A DNA stretch of 61,670 nucleotides, filler included. It is 6 parts of 6 records of this genome, joined end to end, with 100 filler letters (N's around TTAATTAATTAA, not from the genome) between each part and the next. Parts side by side here need not be neighbours in the genome. Positions count along the whole stretch, not along the records: positions 10,915 to 20,368 come from SRR31156797_20940; positions 20,469 to 26,908 come from SRR31156797_20963; positions 27,009 to 37,645 come from SRR31156797_20967; 3 more parts are not named here. One strand, written 5' to 3'. The position numbers and the translations under genes are program-made. Positions 19,787 to 30,495 of the stretch are shown in pieces. Below the pieces are notes generated by a model that did no database searches, was not told the DNA's origin, and saw nothing but the letters and a program-made list of their open reading frames with translations. Positions within the stretch are counted from its first letter, which is position 1, and every line of letters begins with the position of its first letter.

Positions 19787-20368
19787 ATGATGCTGCTGTT
19801 GAATCCCAAAAACTACCAGGAAAGAAACTACCCCGACGAAAGATCCAAGGAAATCATGCTCAAAACCATCCAGTGGTTTGAGAACAAGGGTCATAATAAA
19901 ATGAAAGAAGATTTCATGTCGCCGGAGTTCACCTACGATTTTGCCGAATTCATCAAAGAGGAAGGAATTTTCGAGACCCTTTTCCTTCCCAGGGGATACG
20001 GCAGCGAGGACCAATACTACAGTACCTACAGGATGTTCGAGTTCTCGGAAATCTGCGGATTCTACGGCAGCGCCTACTGGTACATGTACCATGTCTCCAC
20101 CCTAGGGTTAGATCCCGTATTCCTTGGGGATAACGAAGGCCTCAAGCACAGGGCCGTCGAAACCCTCAGGGAAAACCCCCTCTGCGCCTTTGGTCTGTCA
20201 GAGAAAGAGCATGGCGCCGATATTTACTCCTCGGATATGAAGCTGTATCGCCAGGAGGACGGAACCTATCTCGCACGGGGATCGAAGTACTACATCGGCA
20301 ATGCCAATGAAGCCAGCACCATCACGGTTTTCGGAAAGATAGACGACACCGATGAGTATGTGTTCTTC
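19787..20368 (+). CDS. Acyl-CoA dehydrogenase family protein, 3'-truncated
   Basis: AAGGAG RBS; AFGLSEKEHGADIY and GSKYYIGNAN. Confidence 0.88.
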
Positions 20369-20468
20369 NNNNNNNNNNNNNNNNNNNNNNNNNNNNNNNN
20401 NNNNNNNNNNNNTTAATTAATTAANNNNNNNNNNNNNNNNNNNNNNNNNNNNNNNNNNNNNNNNNNNN
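20369..20468. other. Artificial contig linker
   Basis: 44 N + TTAATTAATTAA + 44 N. Confidence 0.99.
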
Positions 20469-20469
20469 T

Positions 20470-22842
20470 CCAAGATCACGGTCGATCTTTATCGGCGTCG
20501 CATTCGGCCTGATCGCCACTGCGATCATGATGACCCCGGTCGAGATCCTGCCGGGGCTGCCCGTTGATGCCAGGCTGGTTCCGGTTTCCGTCGCCGGGCT
20601 GTTCGGCGGTCCGGCCGCCGCGATTCTGGCCTCCTGCCTTGTCGCCGTCGTTCAGATCGGCATGAACGGTCCAGAAATGGCAATGGGCGTTTTAGCCATC
20701 ATCGCCGCCGGCGCCATCGGCGGCATCGCGTCGATGGTATGGGGGGAACGAACCAAACGTTTCGACGCCCTGCAATATTTCGGCTTCGGCATCATCGTAT
20801 TCGCCCTGACGGTCTGTACGTTCCTGACCCTGCCGACCGACCGGTTGGCGTGGATCATATCGACCCTCGCCGTGCCGGCCGCCGTCTTCATCCCGCTGGG
20901 CACGATGCTGCTGGGCGTACTGATGTCGGCCGAGTACAAACGCGCCGACGCCAATGCCGAACTGCGGCGACGCGAAACCCAGTTCCGGGAAGTCATCGAA
21001 AATTCGCCGGCCGCCGTCTATCTGAAGGACCCCGACGGCCGCTACCTGATGGTCAACCAGGAATACCTGAACCGATTCCGGCTGTCGGCGGAAGATGTCA
21101 TCGGCAACACCGCCGAGGGGATCTTTACGAGACCGCTGGCGACCCGCCTGACGGCGCAGGACAGGGCGGTCATTGCCGAGCGCCGGGCGAAATCCTTCGA
21201 AGTCGACATGCCTTATGCCGACGGCACCACTCACGACGAGATCGCCGCCAAATTTCCGATTTTCGACGACGACGGATCGGTCGTCGGTATCGGCGGCGTC
21301 ACGACGGATATTACCGAATGGGTCCAGGCGAAAGCGGCGGTTCGCCGGATCGAGGAACGGTATCAGGAGTTTTTCGAGAAATCCGAGCTGGTGTTTCTGG
21401 CCCTGGATACAAACGGCCGGATCTCCTCGTGCAACGATCACTTGTTGGCGCTGACCGGATACGGCCGCGACGAGACCGTCGGTGCCGATTGGTTCGACAC
21501 CTTCATTCCGAAGGAAGAACGATTCCTGATCAGAAAGGTGTTTATCGACACCATAAACACGGGGACCGTCGCCGTTCCGCCCCATTTCGAGAATGAAATC
21601 GAAACCAAGGACGGCGTGCAAAAAACGATCGCCTGGGACAGCGTCATCAATCGCGATTCGAAGGGCGGGATTTCCGGCATCACCTGTGTCGGAGTCGACG
21701 TCACCGCCCGCAGGCAGGCCCTGATCGAGATCCAGCGGGAGAAAGAGCGGGCCGAACAGTACCTGGCGATTGCCGGGACGATCATTCTTGCGCTCGACGC
21801 CGATGCGAACATCACCCTGATCAACCGCAAGGGATGCGAGGTGCTTGGCTACAGCCAGGCCGAGCTGATCGGCGCCAACTGGATCGAGACGGCAATTCCG
21901 GCTGAACAGCGCGCCCGGGTTTCGCATGTCCTCGGCAAGGTTATGGCCGGCGAAGTTGCCCCCGTCGAAAGCGTCGAAAACGAGGTCGTCACAAAATCGG
22001 GCGACCGCCGATTGATCGCCTGGACCAACAGCCACGTCACCGACGGCAACGGCAATATTTCCGCCAGTTTGAGCTCCGGCGAAGATATTACCGATCGAAT
22101 CCGGGCCGAGAACGAAGCAAAGGCCCTTCACGCCCGCCTGGCGCAGGTGTCGCGGATCAGCACGATGGGGGAAATGGCAACCGGTTTTGCCCACGAACTC
22201 AATCAGCCGCTGGCCGCCATCAACAACTACGCGCAAGGGACGCTTCGCCACTTGCGGCGCGGACGGACCAACGCCGAAGACCTGATACCGGCTTTGGAAA
22301 AACTGTCGGCGCAGGCCGAAAGGGCGGGCGAGGTGATCCGGCGGATTCGCTGGTTCGTTCAAAAGAATGTGCCGAACAAAACGCCCACCGACCTCAACCA
22401 AACCATCCGTCATGCGGCGGAATTCATGCATGACGAAATGATCGAGCACGACATTGTTCTCGATTTCGATCTCGGCGAAGGCCTGCCGAAAATCCCGGCC
22501 GACGCGGTCCAGATTCAGCAGGTCGTCATGAACCTTTCGCGAAACGCCATCGACGCCATGAAGGCGACCGAGGTGGTTCCGCGACGATTGACCTTCGGAA
22601 CGACGGCAAATGCCGATGCCGGCGTCGAGGTCACCGTTACCGACACCGGTCCCGGTCTGTCGCCGGATATCGAGGCGGAGCTGTTCGAACCTTTTGTTAC
22701 CGACAAACCGGACGGAATGGGAATCGGCCTTTCCATATGCCGCTCGCTGGTTCAGGCCCACGGTGGCCATTTGCGCGCCGAATCCGTATCGGGCAAGGGA
22801 ACGACGTTCCATTTCACGATTCCGCGGCAAAGCGCCGAATAG
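20470..22842 (+). CDS. Membrane sensor histidine kinase (5TMR-LYT-like membrane domain, three PAS/PAC domains), 5'-truncated
   Basis: VDARLVPVSVAGLFGGP membrane segment, three PAS repeats, H-box AHELNQPLAAI, N-box NLSRNAIDA, DTGPG and GMGIGLSIC. Confidence 0.9.
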   Translation, partial: PRSRSIFIGVAFGLIATAIMMTPVEILPGLPVDARLVPVSVAGLFGGPAAAILASCLVAVVQIGMNGPEMAMGVLAIIAAGAIGGIASMVWGERTKRFDALQYFGFGIIVFALTVCTFLTLPTDRLAWIISTLAVPAAVFIPLGTMLLGVLMSAEYKRADANAELRRRETQFREVIENSPAAVYLKDPDGRYLMVNQEYLNRFRLSAEDVIGNTAEGIFTRPLATRLTAQDRAVIAERRAKSFEVDMPYADGTTHDEIAAKFPIFDDDGSVVGIGGVTTDITEWVQAKAAVRRIEERYQEFFEKSELVFLALDTNGRISSCNDHLLALTGYGRDETVGADWFDTFIPKEERFLIRKVFIDTINTGTVAVPPHFENEIETKDGVQKTIAWDSVINRDSKGGISGITCVGVDVTARRQALIEIQREKERAEQYLAIAGTIILALDADANITLINRKGCEVLGYSQAELIGANWIETAIPAEQRARVSHVLGKVMAGEVAPVESVENEVVTKSGDRRLIAWTNSHVTDGNGNISASLSSGEDITDRIRAENEAKALHARLAQVSRISTMGEMATGFAHELNQPLAAINNYAQGTLRHLRRGRTNAEDLIPALEKLSAQAERAGEVIRRIRWFVQKNVPNKTPTDLNQTIRHAAEFMHDEMIEHDIVLDFDLGEGLPKIPADAVQIQQVVMNLSRNAIDAMKATEVVPRRLTFGTTANADAGVEVTVTDTGPGLSPDIEAELFEPFVTDKPDGMGIGLSICRSLVQAHGGHLRAESVSGKGTTFHFTIPRQSAE

Positions 22843-22937
22843 GCGGATTTCGGTCGTTTTGCGCATCGAAAATCAAAGGAAACGGGCGGGAAATCCGGTT
22901 TTTTCCGTGTCCGCCGACCGATCGCGGTGCTGGACCT

Positions 22938-22966
22938 TTGCCGAAGGCAGCGATTCCGTGTATAGG
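22938..22966 (+). promoter_or_regulatory. Possible sigma70 promoter of rnd
   Basis: TTGCCG-17 nt-TATAGG ending 8 nt before the ATG. Confidence 0.4.
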
Positions 22967-22974
22967 TGCTGGCC

Positions 22975-24144
22975 ATGACCCTGATAACCGAAACCGCCGC
23001 ATTGGCGGCCCTTTGCCAGCGACTCGCCAAGTCACGATACGTCACTGTCGATACCGAATTCCTTCGCGAACGGACCTATTGGCCGAAGCTTTGCGTCGTC
23101 CAGCTGGCCAGCGACGACGAAGCCCAAGCGATCGATGCGCTGGCCGAGGGCATCGACCTGACGCCGCTTTTCGATTTGATGGCGGATACCAGCGTCCTGA
23201 AGGTTTTCCACGCCGGCCGTCAGGATCTCGAAATTTTTTATCACCTGACCGGCCGCCTGCCCGATCCGGTTTTCGATACCCAGATCGCGGCGATGGTTTG
23301 CGGCTTCGGCGACTCGGCCGGATACGAAACCCTGGTCAGCAAGCTGACCAAGGTTCGGATCGACAAGGCGGCGCGCTTTACCGACTGGTCGGCCCGACCC
23401 CTGACCGATCGCCAGGTGACCTATGCCCTGGCCGACGTCACCCACCTGCGTAAAGTTTATGACCGGCTTCAGAAAAAGCTGAACCACAACGGCCGTTCCG
23501 GATGGCTGGCCGAGGAGATTGCCTCGCTGACGTCGCCGATAACCTACGATCCGGACCCGAGAGAAATCTTCCGGCGCATCAAGACGCGGTCGAGCGATCC
23601 GAAATTCCTGGCCGTCCTGCGCGAGGTGGCGGCGTGGCGCGAAACCGAGGCGCAACGCCTGGACCTTCCGCGCAACCACGTTCTGCGCGACGAAGCGCTG
23701 GTCGAAATCGCCCACCACACGCCGAAATCGGTCGCCGATCTGGCCCGAACCCGCGGCCTCGGTCGCCGTCTGGCCGAGGGTCAGGCCGGCACCGACATCA
23801 TTTCCGCGGTGAACGCGGGATTGGCGATGCCGGAAAGCGACTGGCCGCAGATAGCCAAAAAACCGGTGCTGCCGGGTGGCCTCGGACCGGTGACGGACCT
23901 GATGAAGGTCCTGCTGAAAATGACCTGCGAAAGAACCGACGCGGCCCAGAAACTGGTCGCATCGGTCAACGATCTGGAACAGATCGCCGCCTTTGGCGAA
24001 GACGCCGACGTGCCCGCCCTTCGCGGCTGGCGACGGGAAGTTTTCGGCGAGGACGCGTTGCGCCTGATGCGCGGCGAGACCGCGCTCGTGGTCAAGGGAC
24101 GCAAACTGAAAGCCGTTCCCGCCGCCAATCTTCCAAAGAACTAG
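22975..24144 (+). CDS. rnd: Ribonuclease D
   Basis: VDTEFLRERTYWPKLC, KVFHAGRQD, FDTQIAA, TDWSARPL and YALADV; HRDC region. Confidence 0.95.
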   Translation: MTLITETAALAALCQRLAKSRYVTVDTEFLRERTYWPKLCVVQLASDDEAQAIDALAEGIDLTPLFDLMADTSVLKVFHAGRQDLEIFYHLTGRLPDPVFDTQIAAMVCGFGDSAGYETLVSKLTKVRIDKAARFTDWSARPLTDRQVTYALADVTHLRKVYDRLQKKLNHNGRSGWLAEEIASLTSPITYDPDPREIFRRIKTRSSDPKFLAVLREVAAWRETEAQRLDLPRNHVLRDEALVEIAHHTPKSVADLARTRGLGRRLAEGQAGTDIISAVNAGLAMPESDWPQIAKKPVLPGGLGPVTDLMKVLLKMTCERTDAAQKLVASVNDLEQIAAFGEDADVPALRGWRREVFGEDALRLMRGETALVVKGRKLKAVPAANLPKN

Positions 24145-25649
24145 AACGAGCCGATCTTCGGTTTCAGGTCGAGCGCCCGGGCCAGCCGGCCCAATCGCCG
24201 TTCCACCGCCTCGCCCAAATAAACGGCGCCGTCCTCGGGCAGATCGAGGGTCAGCCGTGAGCGATTCCGCTTCAGGCGCGTCCTCGTCAGCAGGCCCGGC
24301 GCCCCGCCCGACAGCGTATTCGCCAAATGCAGGGCGAGACCGACGGCAACGGCCCGTTCGTAAGCCGCTTCACCAAGCAGGGACATCGGGTGCGCCACCG
24401 CCGGCGCCGTCGGATCACCGCCATAGCGCACATAGGTGGTCGTCGCCAGAGAAGCCCGGTCGGCATGGGTCAGGCCGGCGAAGGGAAGACGCAGGACCCG
24501 ATGAAAGGCGTTTTCCGCCCGATAGTCGGGATGCACGCTCCAGCCGATGTCGCTGATCAGGCAGGCGGCCAATCGAAGCCGGGCGGAGGCGGCGTCTTCG
24601 CCGTCGAAGACCGGTGCCATCCAGGTCATGATCTCGTCGCCGTGGACGCTGAACCGATCGCCGCGCTCGGCATGGCTGATGCATCCGGCGATCAGCGGGT
24701 CCTGGCGGCGGACATTCTCGGGCAGGCAATTCAACATGCGTCCTTCGCGCATGCCGAACCCCGAAAACACCAGCCGCCGCGGCCGCGCTTTTTGTATCAG
24801 CATCTCGAGAACCAGGGCGGCGAACGGCAAGGATTCCGAGCGGCGCCGGGAAACATGCGGGATCTTGCGGATCGATCCTTGCCCCATGCGGGCGACGATG
24901 TTCAAAAGCTGCAGGGCTTCGTCGGCCGGCAGGGTAAAGTTGTCGATGACATGGAGCGGCCAGTTCAACTGATCGAGGAAGACACGCGCCACCGTGCGCC
25001 AGGACCCGCCGGCGGCGAACAGGTCGCGCCCCGCAATATCGTCGAGCCAGGTTTCCGGATCGAGTGCGTCCGACACCAGCGGCACCGCCTTTTTCGGCTC
25101 GCCGGCGCTTTCCGCCAACCGCAGATGGCCCAGCGGATAGGTCGCGCAGCGCCCGAACTGACCGCGGTCGAGGACGACAAGATCGAGGCTGCCGCCGCCG
25201 AGATCGCCGAGCAGGCCGTCGGCGTCGGGTACGCCGCTCAAAAGGCCGCGCGCCGCCAGTTGCGCTTCCTCGGCGCCGTCGATGACGTCGACGGAACATC
25301 CGAAGCGTTTGCCGATCTCGGCGACGAAATCCGGCCCGTCCTCGGCCTCGCGCACGGCCGCCGTTGCAACCAGCTCCAGGTGATCGACATCCATCGCCTC
25401 GGCCAGGAAAACGAACCTGGCCAGGGCCCGCAACGCCGACTTGACGCCGTCCGGATCGAGCCGGCCGGTTTTGGCGATGGTCCGCCCCAATCCACACTGC
25501 GCCTTTTCATTGAACAGCGGAAACGGCAGACGGGTCGGCACGTCATAGACGACAAGCCGGACCGTATTCGACCCGATATCGATGACGCCGATATGCCCGA
25601 CATGGCCGGACGGCGTGTCCGTCTTCCCGTTGGCCCGGCGTTTGGCCAT
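24141..25649 (-). CDS. ppx: Exopolyphosphatase Ppx/GppA family
   Basis: IDIGSNTVRLVVY, ATAAVREA, DLGGGSLDL, GMREG and SDIGWSVHPDYR. Confidence 0.92.
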   Translation of the reverse strand: MAKRRANGKTDTPSGHVGHIGVIDIGSNTVRLVVYDVPTRLPFPLFNEKAQCGLGRTIAKTGRLDPDGVKSALRALARFVFLAEAMDVDHLELVATAAVREAEDGPDFVAEIGKRFGCSVDVIDGAEEAQLAARGLLSGVPDADGLLGDLGGGSLDLVVLDRGQFGRCATYPLGHLRLAESAGEPKKAVPLVSDALDPETWLDDIAGRDLFAAGGSWRTVARVFLDQLNWPLHVIDNFTLPADEALQLLNIVARMGQGSIRKIPHVSRRRSESLPFAALVLEMLIQKARPRRLVFSGFGMREGRMLNCLPENVRRQDPLIAGCISHAERGDRFSVHGDEIMTWMAPVFDGEDAASARLRLAACLISDIGWSVHPDYRAENAFHRVLRLPFAGLTHADRASLATTTYVRYGGDPTAPAVAHPMSLLGEAAYERAVAVGLALHLANTLSGGAPGLLTRTRLKRNRSRLTLDLPEDGAVYLGEAVERRLGRLARALDLKPKIGSF

Positions 25650-25885
25650 CCCCCACTCCCCACGTCGGTTTCACGCAAAGCGACGATACGACCGGCATCG
25701 TCATCCAATTGATAAAAAAATGTTACAATCACGTCTTTGCGGCAACGGTCGATTCCAAATATTGTTGAATCGGCGGAACGAAACAAAGCAATTCTTGTAT
25801 AAACCCCAAGAACCTCTCCCGGTTCGAGGGGTTTCAAATCTCCCGGAACGGTTTGTCCGGGCACAACATTCGAAAATCGGCGGGC

Positions 25886-26908
25886 ATGGAAAAACGAACC
25901 GAACTAAGACTGCAGTTTAACCCGGACGACCTGAACAGGCTTCAGGGGTTGCGCCGATTGCGCGATCTTTCGACCGGCCGGGCCGCAACCCGCAGCCTGA
26001 GCCGCACCTATTTCGACACCCCCGATCACCAGTTGCACCGGCAGAACATCGTGCTGATGGTACGCAGCCTGGGCCGCCGCTATGTCCAGTGCGTGCGCGC
26101 CAACGGCACCCGCATCGACGGCATCGCCATCAACCGCGAGTGGGAAAACCCGCTGCCGACCTCCGATCCCGACCCGGCCGCGATTGCCGATCTCGATCTG
26201 CGGCGGCTGGTCATGCCGCTGCCCGGCGCGACGCTGGAACCGGTGATTGCCTGGTCGATCAAGCGCACGACGCGCCGCCTATCGCCGTCCGGCACGGACG
26301 ACGGCACCATCGCTTTCGCCCTCGACGTCGGCGAAATCGCCGCCGACGGAAAAAGCGAACCGATCGCCGAAATCGAGCTGAGTTCGGACACCGACGCCGC
26401 CGGCGTCTACGACATCGCCCTCGACATTCAAAAAGAGATCCCGCTTCGCCTGATCACCGAAAAACGCGAGAGCTACGGTTTCAAGCTGCTGAAAGGCGAA
26501 GGACCCGGCTGGCGCAAGGCGATCAGGCTCGCCCTGTCGCCGACGACGACGGTCGAAGGGGCGCTAAGCGACATTCTCGCCCACTGCATGGATCATCTGA
26601 TCGACAACGAACGCATCACGCTTCTCAGCGACCACCCCGAAGGCGTTCACCAGATGCGCGTCGCCATGCGGCGGATGCGCTCGGCCTTGCGCATCTTCCG
26701 TTCGGTTCTGCCGCCCGATCAGTACCTGCGCGTCACCGACGAAGTGAAGTGGCTGACCAAAAGCCTAGCCGACACCCGCGACCTGGACGTTTTCATGGAC
26801 GAGATCGTCGGCCCGGTCGAGGCCGCCTTCGAAGACGAAGCGGCCTTCGCCGTATTGCGGAAAAAGCTGACCGCCGACCGGGCGGCGGCGCGGGCCGAAG
26901 CCCGCACC
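25886..26908 (+). CDS. CYTH + CHAD domain protein, 3'-truncated
   Basis: TELRL, YFDTPD and IAEIEL (CYTH); PEGVHQMRVAMRRMRSAL and RDLDVF (CHAD). Confidence 0.88.
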
Positions 26909-27008
26909 NNNNNNNNNNNNNNNNNNNNNNNNNNNNNNNNNNNNNNNNNNNNTTAATTAATTAANNNNNNNNNNNNNNNNNNNNNNNNNNNNNNNNNNNN
27001 NNNNNNNN
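26909..27008. other. Artificial contig linker
   Basis: 44 N + TTAATTAATTAA + 44 N. Confidence 0.99.
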
Positions 27009-27009
27009 C

Positions 27010-27789
27010 ATCGGCACCTTTATCTTCATGGGGCCCACGGGGGTGGGAAAGACAGAGCTTGCCAAGGTAGTGGCGGAATTTATCTTTAACACCCGGGACG
27101 CCATGGTGCGGATCGACATGTCCGAGTACATGGAGAAGCACTCTGTGGCGCGGCTCATCGGTGCGCCTCCGGGTTATGTGGGGTATGACGAGGGGGGCTA
27201 CCTTACCGAGGCGGTCCGGCGCCAGCCCTATTCGGTGGTGCTGTTTGACGAGATCGAAAAGGCCCACCCGGACGTCTTCAATGTGCTGCTCCAGGTGCTG
27301 GACGACGGACGGATGACAGACGGCCATGGACGGACCGTGGATTTTACCAACACCATCCTCATCATGACCTCCAATGTGGGGTCCCGGCTGATCCAGGAGT
27401 CCGGCGGCGTCGGGATCGAAGAAAAGATCAACCAGGCCATGGGCCAGGCGTTCAAGCCCGAATTCCTGAACCGGATTGATGAGACCATCATCTTCCATGC
27501 CCTTGAGCCCGGCCATATCAAGACCATTGCCGATATTCAGATCAAGGATCTCAACCAGCGGCTTGCCGACAAAAAGCTTGCCATTGTCCTGGACGAGGCG
27601 GCCAAAACGTTCATTGCAGGGGAGGGGTATGATCCGGTGTTCGGGGCGCGGCCCCTGAAGCGGGTGATTCAGCAGCAGATAGAAAACCCCTTGTCCATGG
27701 CGCTCTTAAAAGGAAGCGTCAAGGAAGGGGAAACGGTTACGTTTACCGTGGATCCGGCCGGGGAAGGCCTGGATTTTGTTACAAACTAA
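27010..27789 (+). CDS. clpB: ClpB chaperone, second AAA+ module (5'-truncated)
   Basis: [49 protein letters not shown] and FGARPLKR. Confidence 0.92.
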   Translation: MGTFIFMGPTGVGKTELAKVVAEFIFNTRDAMVRIDMSEYMEKHSVARLIGAPPGYVGYDEGGYLTEAVRRQPYSVVLFDEIEKAHPDVFNVLLQVLDDGRMTDGHGRTVDFTNTILIMTSNVGSRLIQESGGVGIEEKINQAMGQAFKPEFLNRIDETIIFHALEPGHIKTIADIQIKDLNQRLADKKLAIVLDEAAKTFIAGEGYDPVFGARPLKRVIQQQIENPLSMALLKGSVKEGETVTFTVDPAGEGLDFVTN

Positions 27790-27792
27790 TGA

Positions 27793-28857
27793 TCAGAGCC
27801 GTTTGCTGGGGGGTTCCAGCCCCAGCTCGGCGATCTTGTACAGGAGGGTCTTGTAGCTGATCTTCAAGATCCTCGAGGCCTTGGACCGGTTCCAACCGGT
27901 CTTCTCGAGCACATAGCCGATCACCTCTTTTTCCACCCGGTCCACGGCCTTTTTCTTGATCTTTTTCAGGGAGATGTCTTCAAAGATGCTGTCAGCGCTC
28001 TTGGAGACATCCAGGAATTCAGATATCAGTGAGTTGGGGTGAATGGGGTGGTTGACCGGGCCCGGGCCCTGGCCGGCCATGGGAATATGCTGTTCCCCGC
28101 CGTTGTTGTTCACCCGGGTCAGTTCGTCGATTACCAGATCCCAGTTGTTGAGCACCACCTGCTTTTTGATGCTGTTCTGGAGCTGCCTCACATTGCCGGG
28201 CCATGGAAAGGCGCAGAGTTTATCCAGGGTTGATTTGTCCGGCTTTTCAATTTCCCTGTCCGGGTATTGGGACGCATAGACCTTGAGGTAATAATCCACC
28301 AGGGGGGGGATGTCATCGGGCCGGTCCCGCAGGGGCGGGATCTCGATCTTGATGATGTTGAGCCGGTAGAACAGGTCCTCCCTGAACTCCTTGTTCTTGA
28401 TCTTGTCTTCCAGCTGGCAGTTAGTTGCGGCAATGACCCATGCGTCGGTCTTGATGTCCTGTTCCGATCCAAGGGGAGAGAATTCTCCGCACTGGAGCAC
28501 ATGGAGAATCTTGGACTGGAGGGAGAGGGGCATGTCTCCGATTTCATCCAGGAACAGCACTCCCTTGTGGGCCATCTGAAATTTTCCCCGTCTTTTTTTC
28601 TGGGCTCCGGTGAACGCTCCCTGCTCATATCCGTAGAGTTCGCTTTCAAGCAGGGTTTCCGGAAGGGCGGCACAGTTGACTTTTACAAAGGCGTTTTTCG
28701 ATCGTGGAGATTCCTTGTAAAGGGTCTGGGCTATCACCTCCTTGCCCACGCCTGTCTCACCTGTAATGACGATGTTGAGACAAGTATCGGCAACGTGCCG
28801 AATCAATTCCTTTATCTTCAGTATCTGTCTGCTTACTCCGATGATGGGTGGGTTCAT
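27793..28857 (-). CDS. Sigma54-dependent activator (AAA+ and Fis HTH) with no N-terminal regulatory domain
   Basis: GETGVGKE, GAFTGA, LFLDEIG, FREDLFYRLN and WPGNVRQL; the AAA+ region begins a few residues after Met. Confidence 0.92.
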   Translation of the reverse strand: MNPPIIGVSRQILKIKELIRHVADTCLNIVITGETGVGKEVIAQTLYKESPRSKNAFVKVNCAALPETLLESELYGYEQGAFTGAQKKRRGKFQMAHKGVLFLDEIGDMPLSLQSKILHVLQCGEFSPLGSEQDIKTDAWVIAATNCQLEDKIKNKEFREDLFYRLNIIKIEIPPLRDRPDDIPPLVDYYLKVYASQYPDREIEKPDKSTLDKLCAFPWPGNVRQLQNSIKKQVVLNNWDLVIDELTRVNNNGGEQHIPMAGQGPGPVNHPIHPNSLISEFLDVSKSADSIFEDISLKKIKKKAVDRVEKEVIGYVLEKTGWNRSKASRILKISYKTLLYKIAELGLEPPSKRL

Positions 28858-28865
28858 AAGTCTTC

Positions 28866-29252
28866 TTATTTGCCGGCTTTAGTGTTGGTAAGAAGGTTTA
28901 TCAGAAACTTTTCAATTTTAAATAAATCCACGGGTTTGTGAAGGACAAGATCGGCATCCGCCTCCGACGCCAGGGCGCCGGGCTGGTCTCCCCAGCCGGT
29001 GATGGCGATGATCCGCATGTCCGGGTACTGGTTCCTGGTCATGGCGATCAGGCCGACCCCGCTGATGTTGGGCATCACAAGATCGGTGATCAGGGCGTCA
29101 AATCCCTTTGAATCGTTTTTAAGGATCTTCACGGCATCGAGGCCGTTGGTCGCGGTTTTCACGTCGTAATCAAGGGAGGTGAAAAAATCATAGAACGAGA
29201 GAAGAATATCCTCGTTATCTTCAACAATAAGAAGTCTGTAGGGTTGGGACAT
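28866..29252 (-). CDS. Single-domain response regulator (receiver)
   Basis: LLIVEDN, LITDLVMP, AITG and LHKP; 128 aa. Confidence 0.9.
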   Translation of the reverse strand: MSQPYRLLIVEDNEDILLSFYDFFTSLDYDVKTATNGLDAVKILKNDSKGFDALITDLVMPNISGVGLIAMTRNQYPDMRIIAITGWGDQPGALASEADADLVLHKPVDLFKIEKFLINLLTNTKAGK

Positions 29253-29436
29253 TGTCGCCTCGCAACATGATCGCAACTATCTTGGCCCCAAGGGAGCCCG
29301 GATCGTAATTTTCAGGTTAAAAACAACCGCATTTGATATAATGCTAAAAACACGCTGAATTGTAAAATTGTTATACCCACAGAGCGAATTTAGCAAGAAA
29401 AAATTACATTTATTTCCCAGGTTTCATAAAAAATCC

Positions 29437-30369
29437 CTATTTCAGATAGGAGATCAGAATATATAGGAAGAAAAGAAAAATGAAGCCAACCCCGGTTTTC
29501 TGGCCGATTTTGCCCTTTCCGAATGCGATGGCAGCCAGCAGCACCGCAATGAACACCATAAAGGGAAACTCAAAGGTCATGAGGCTTTTATCCACGGGCA
29601 TGGGATTCAGCAGTCCCACGGTTCCCATCACAAGGCAGATGTTGAAGAGGTTGCTGCCCACCACATTTCCAACGGAAAGATCGCTTTCACCCTTTGATGA
29701 GGCGACGGCCGAAGTGGCAAGTTCCGGAAGGGAGGTGCCCAGGGCCACCACGGAAATGCCGATGAACGCTTCGGAAAGCCCGATGCTCCTTGCCATGACA
29801 ATGGCCGACCGCACCACCATGTCCGCACCCTTGGCAAGCCCGATAAGGCCTGCCACCATCATGACGGAGTTGATGGCGATGGCCCTGACGGAGCGCTCCC
29901 CCGGAGCTTTTTCACCGTTTTTATCCTTAGCGTTCTTGATCCCGAAGAACAGAAAAATCACCAGCATGGCCAGGAGCAGGGCGCCGTCGACAAAGCCGAT
30001 GCGACCGTCCATGCAGAGCAGCCAGAACGCGACACTGGCACCGAGCATATAGGGCAGCTCGAACCGGGTGATCTGCCGGTTGATGGTCACCGGCTGGAGC
30101 ACGGCGCTGATGCCGAGCACCAGGGCGATGTTGATCACGTTGCTGCCGAGGATATTACCCACGGATATCCCGCCCGACCCCTTGATGGAGGCCACAAGGC
30201 TTACCAGGAGTTCCGGGGCTGAAGTGGCGAATGCTACCACGGTGAGCCCGACGATCACGGGCTTGATGGAGAGGAGTATGGCCGTTGAGGCCGCCCCCCT
30301 CACAAGAAACTCAGAACCAAGATAAAGCAAAACCAGTCCGACAACGAGAATACCAACTTCTATAACCAC
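29437..30369 (-). CDS. Calcium/sodium antiporter (YrbG-like)
   Basis: Alpha repeats ATSAPEL...GNILGSN and GTSLPEL...GNVVGSN. Confidence 0.92.
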   Translation of the reverse strand: MVIEVGILVVGLVLLYLGSEFLVRGAASTAILLSIKPVIVGLTVVAFATSAPELLVSLVASIKGSGGISVGNILGSNVINIALVLGISAVLQPVTINRQITRFELPYMLGASVAFWLLCMDGRIGFVDGALLLAMLVIFLFFGIKNAKDKNGEKAPGERSVRAIAINSVMMVAGLIGLAKGADMVVRSAIVMARSIGLSEAFIGISVVALGTSLPELATSAVASSKGESDLSVGNVVGSNLFNICLVMGTVGLLNPMPVDKSLMTFEFPFMVFIAVLLAAIAFGKGKIGQKTGVGFIFLFFLYILISYLK

Positions 30370-30495
30370 ATTATTTCCTTTATGAACCCTGTTTTGTTGT
30401 CCGGCTATTGCCTAAAACAACGTTTTATTATAGTATCCGGACACTATAAACATTGAATCATTAATATCAAATACTATTCTGAAAAGGAAGCACAT

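Noticed and set aside
20692-22866. Long antisense ORFs (724 aa here; also 6157-7551, 24327-25712, 49413-50795, 53480-54829)
   Set aside because: They are shadows of well-supported genes in GC-rich DNA and have no recognisable motifs.
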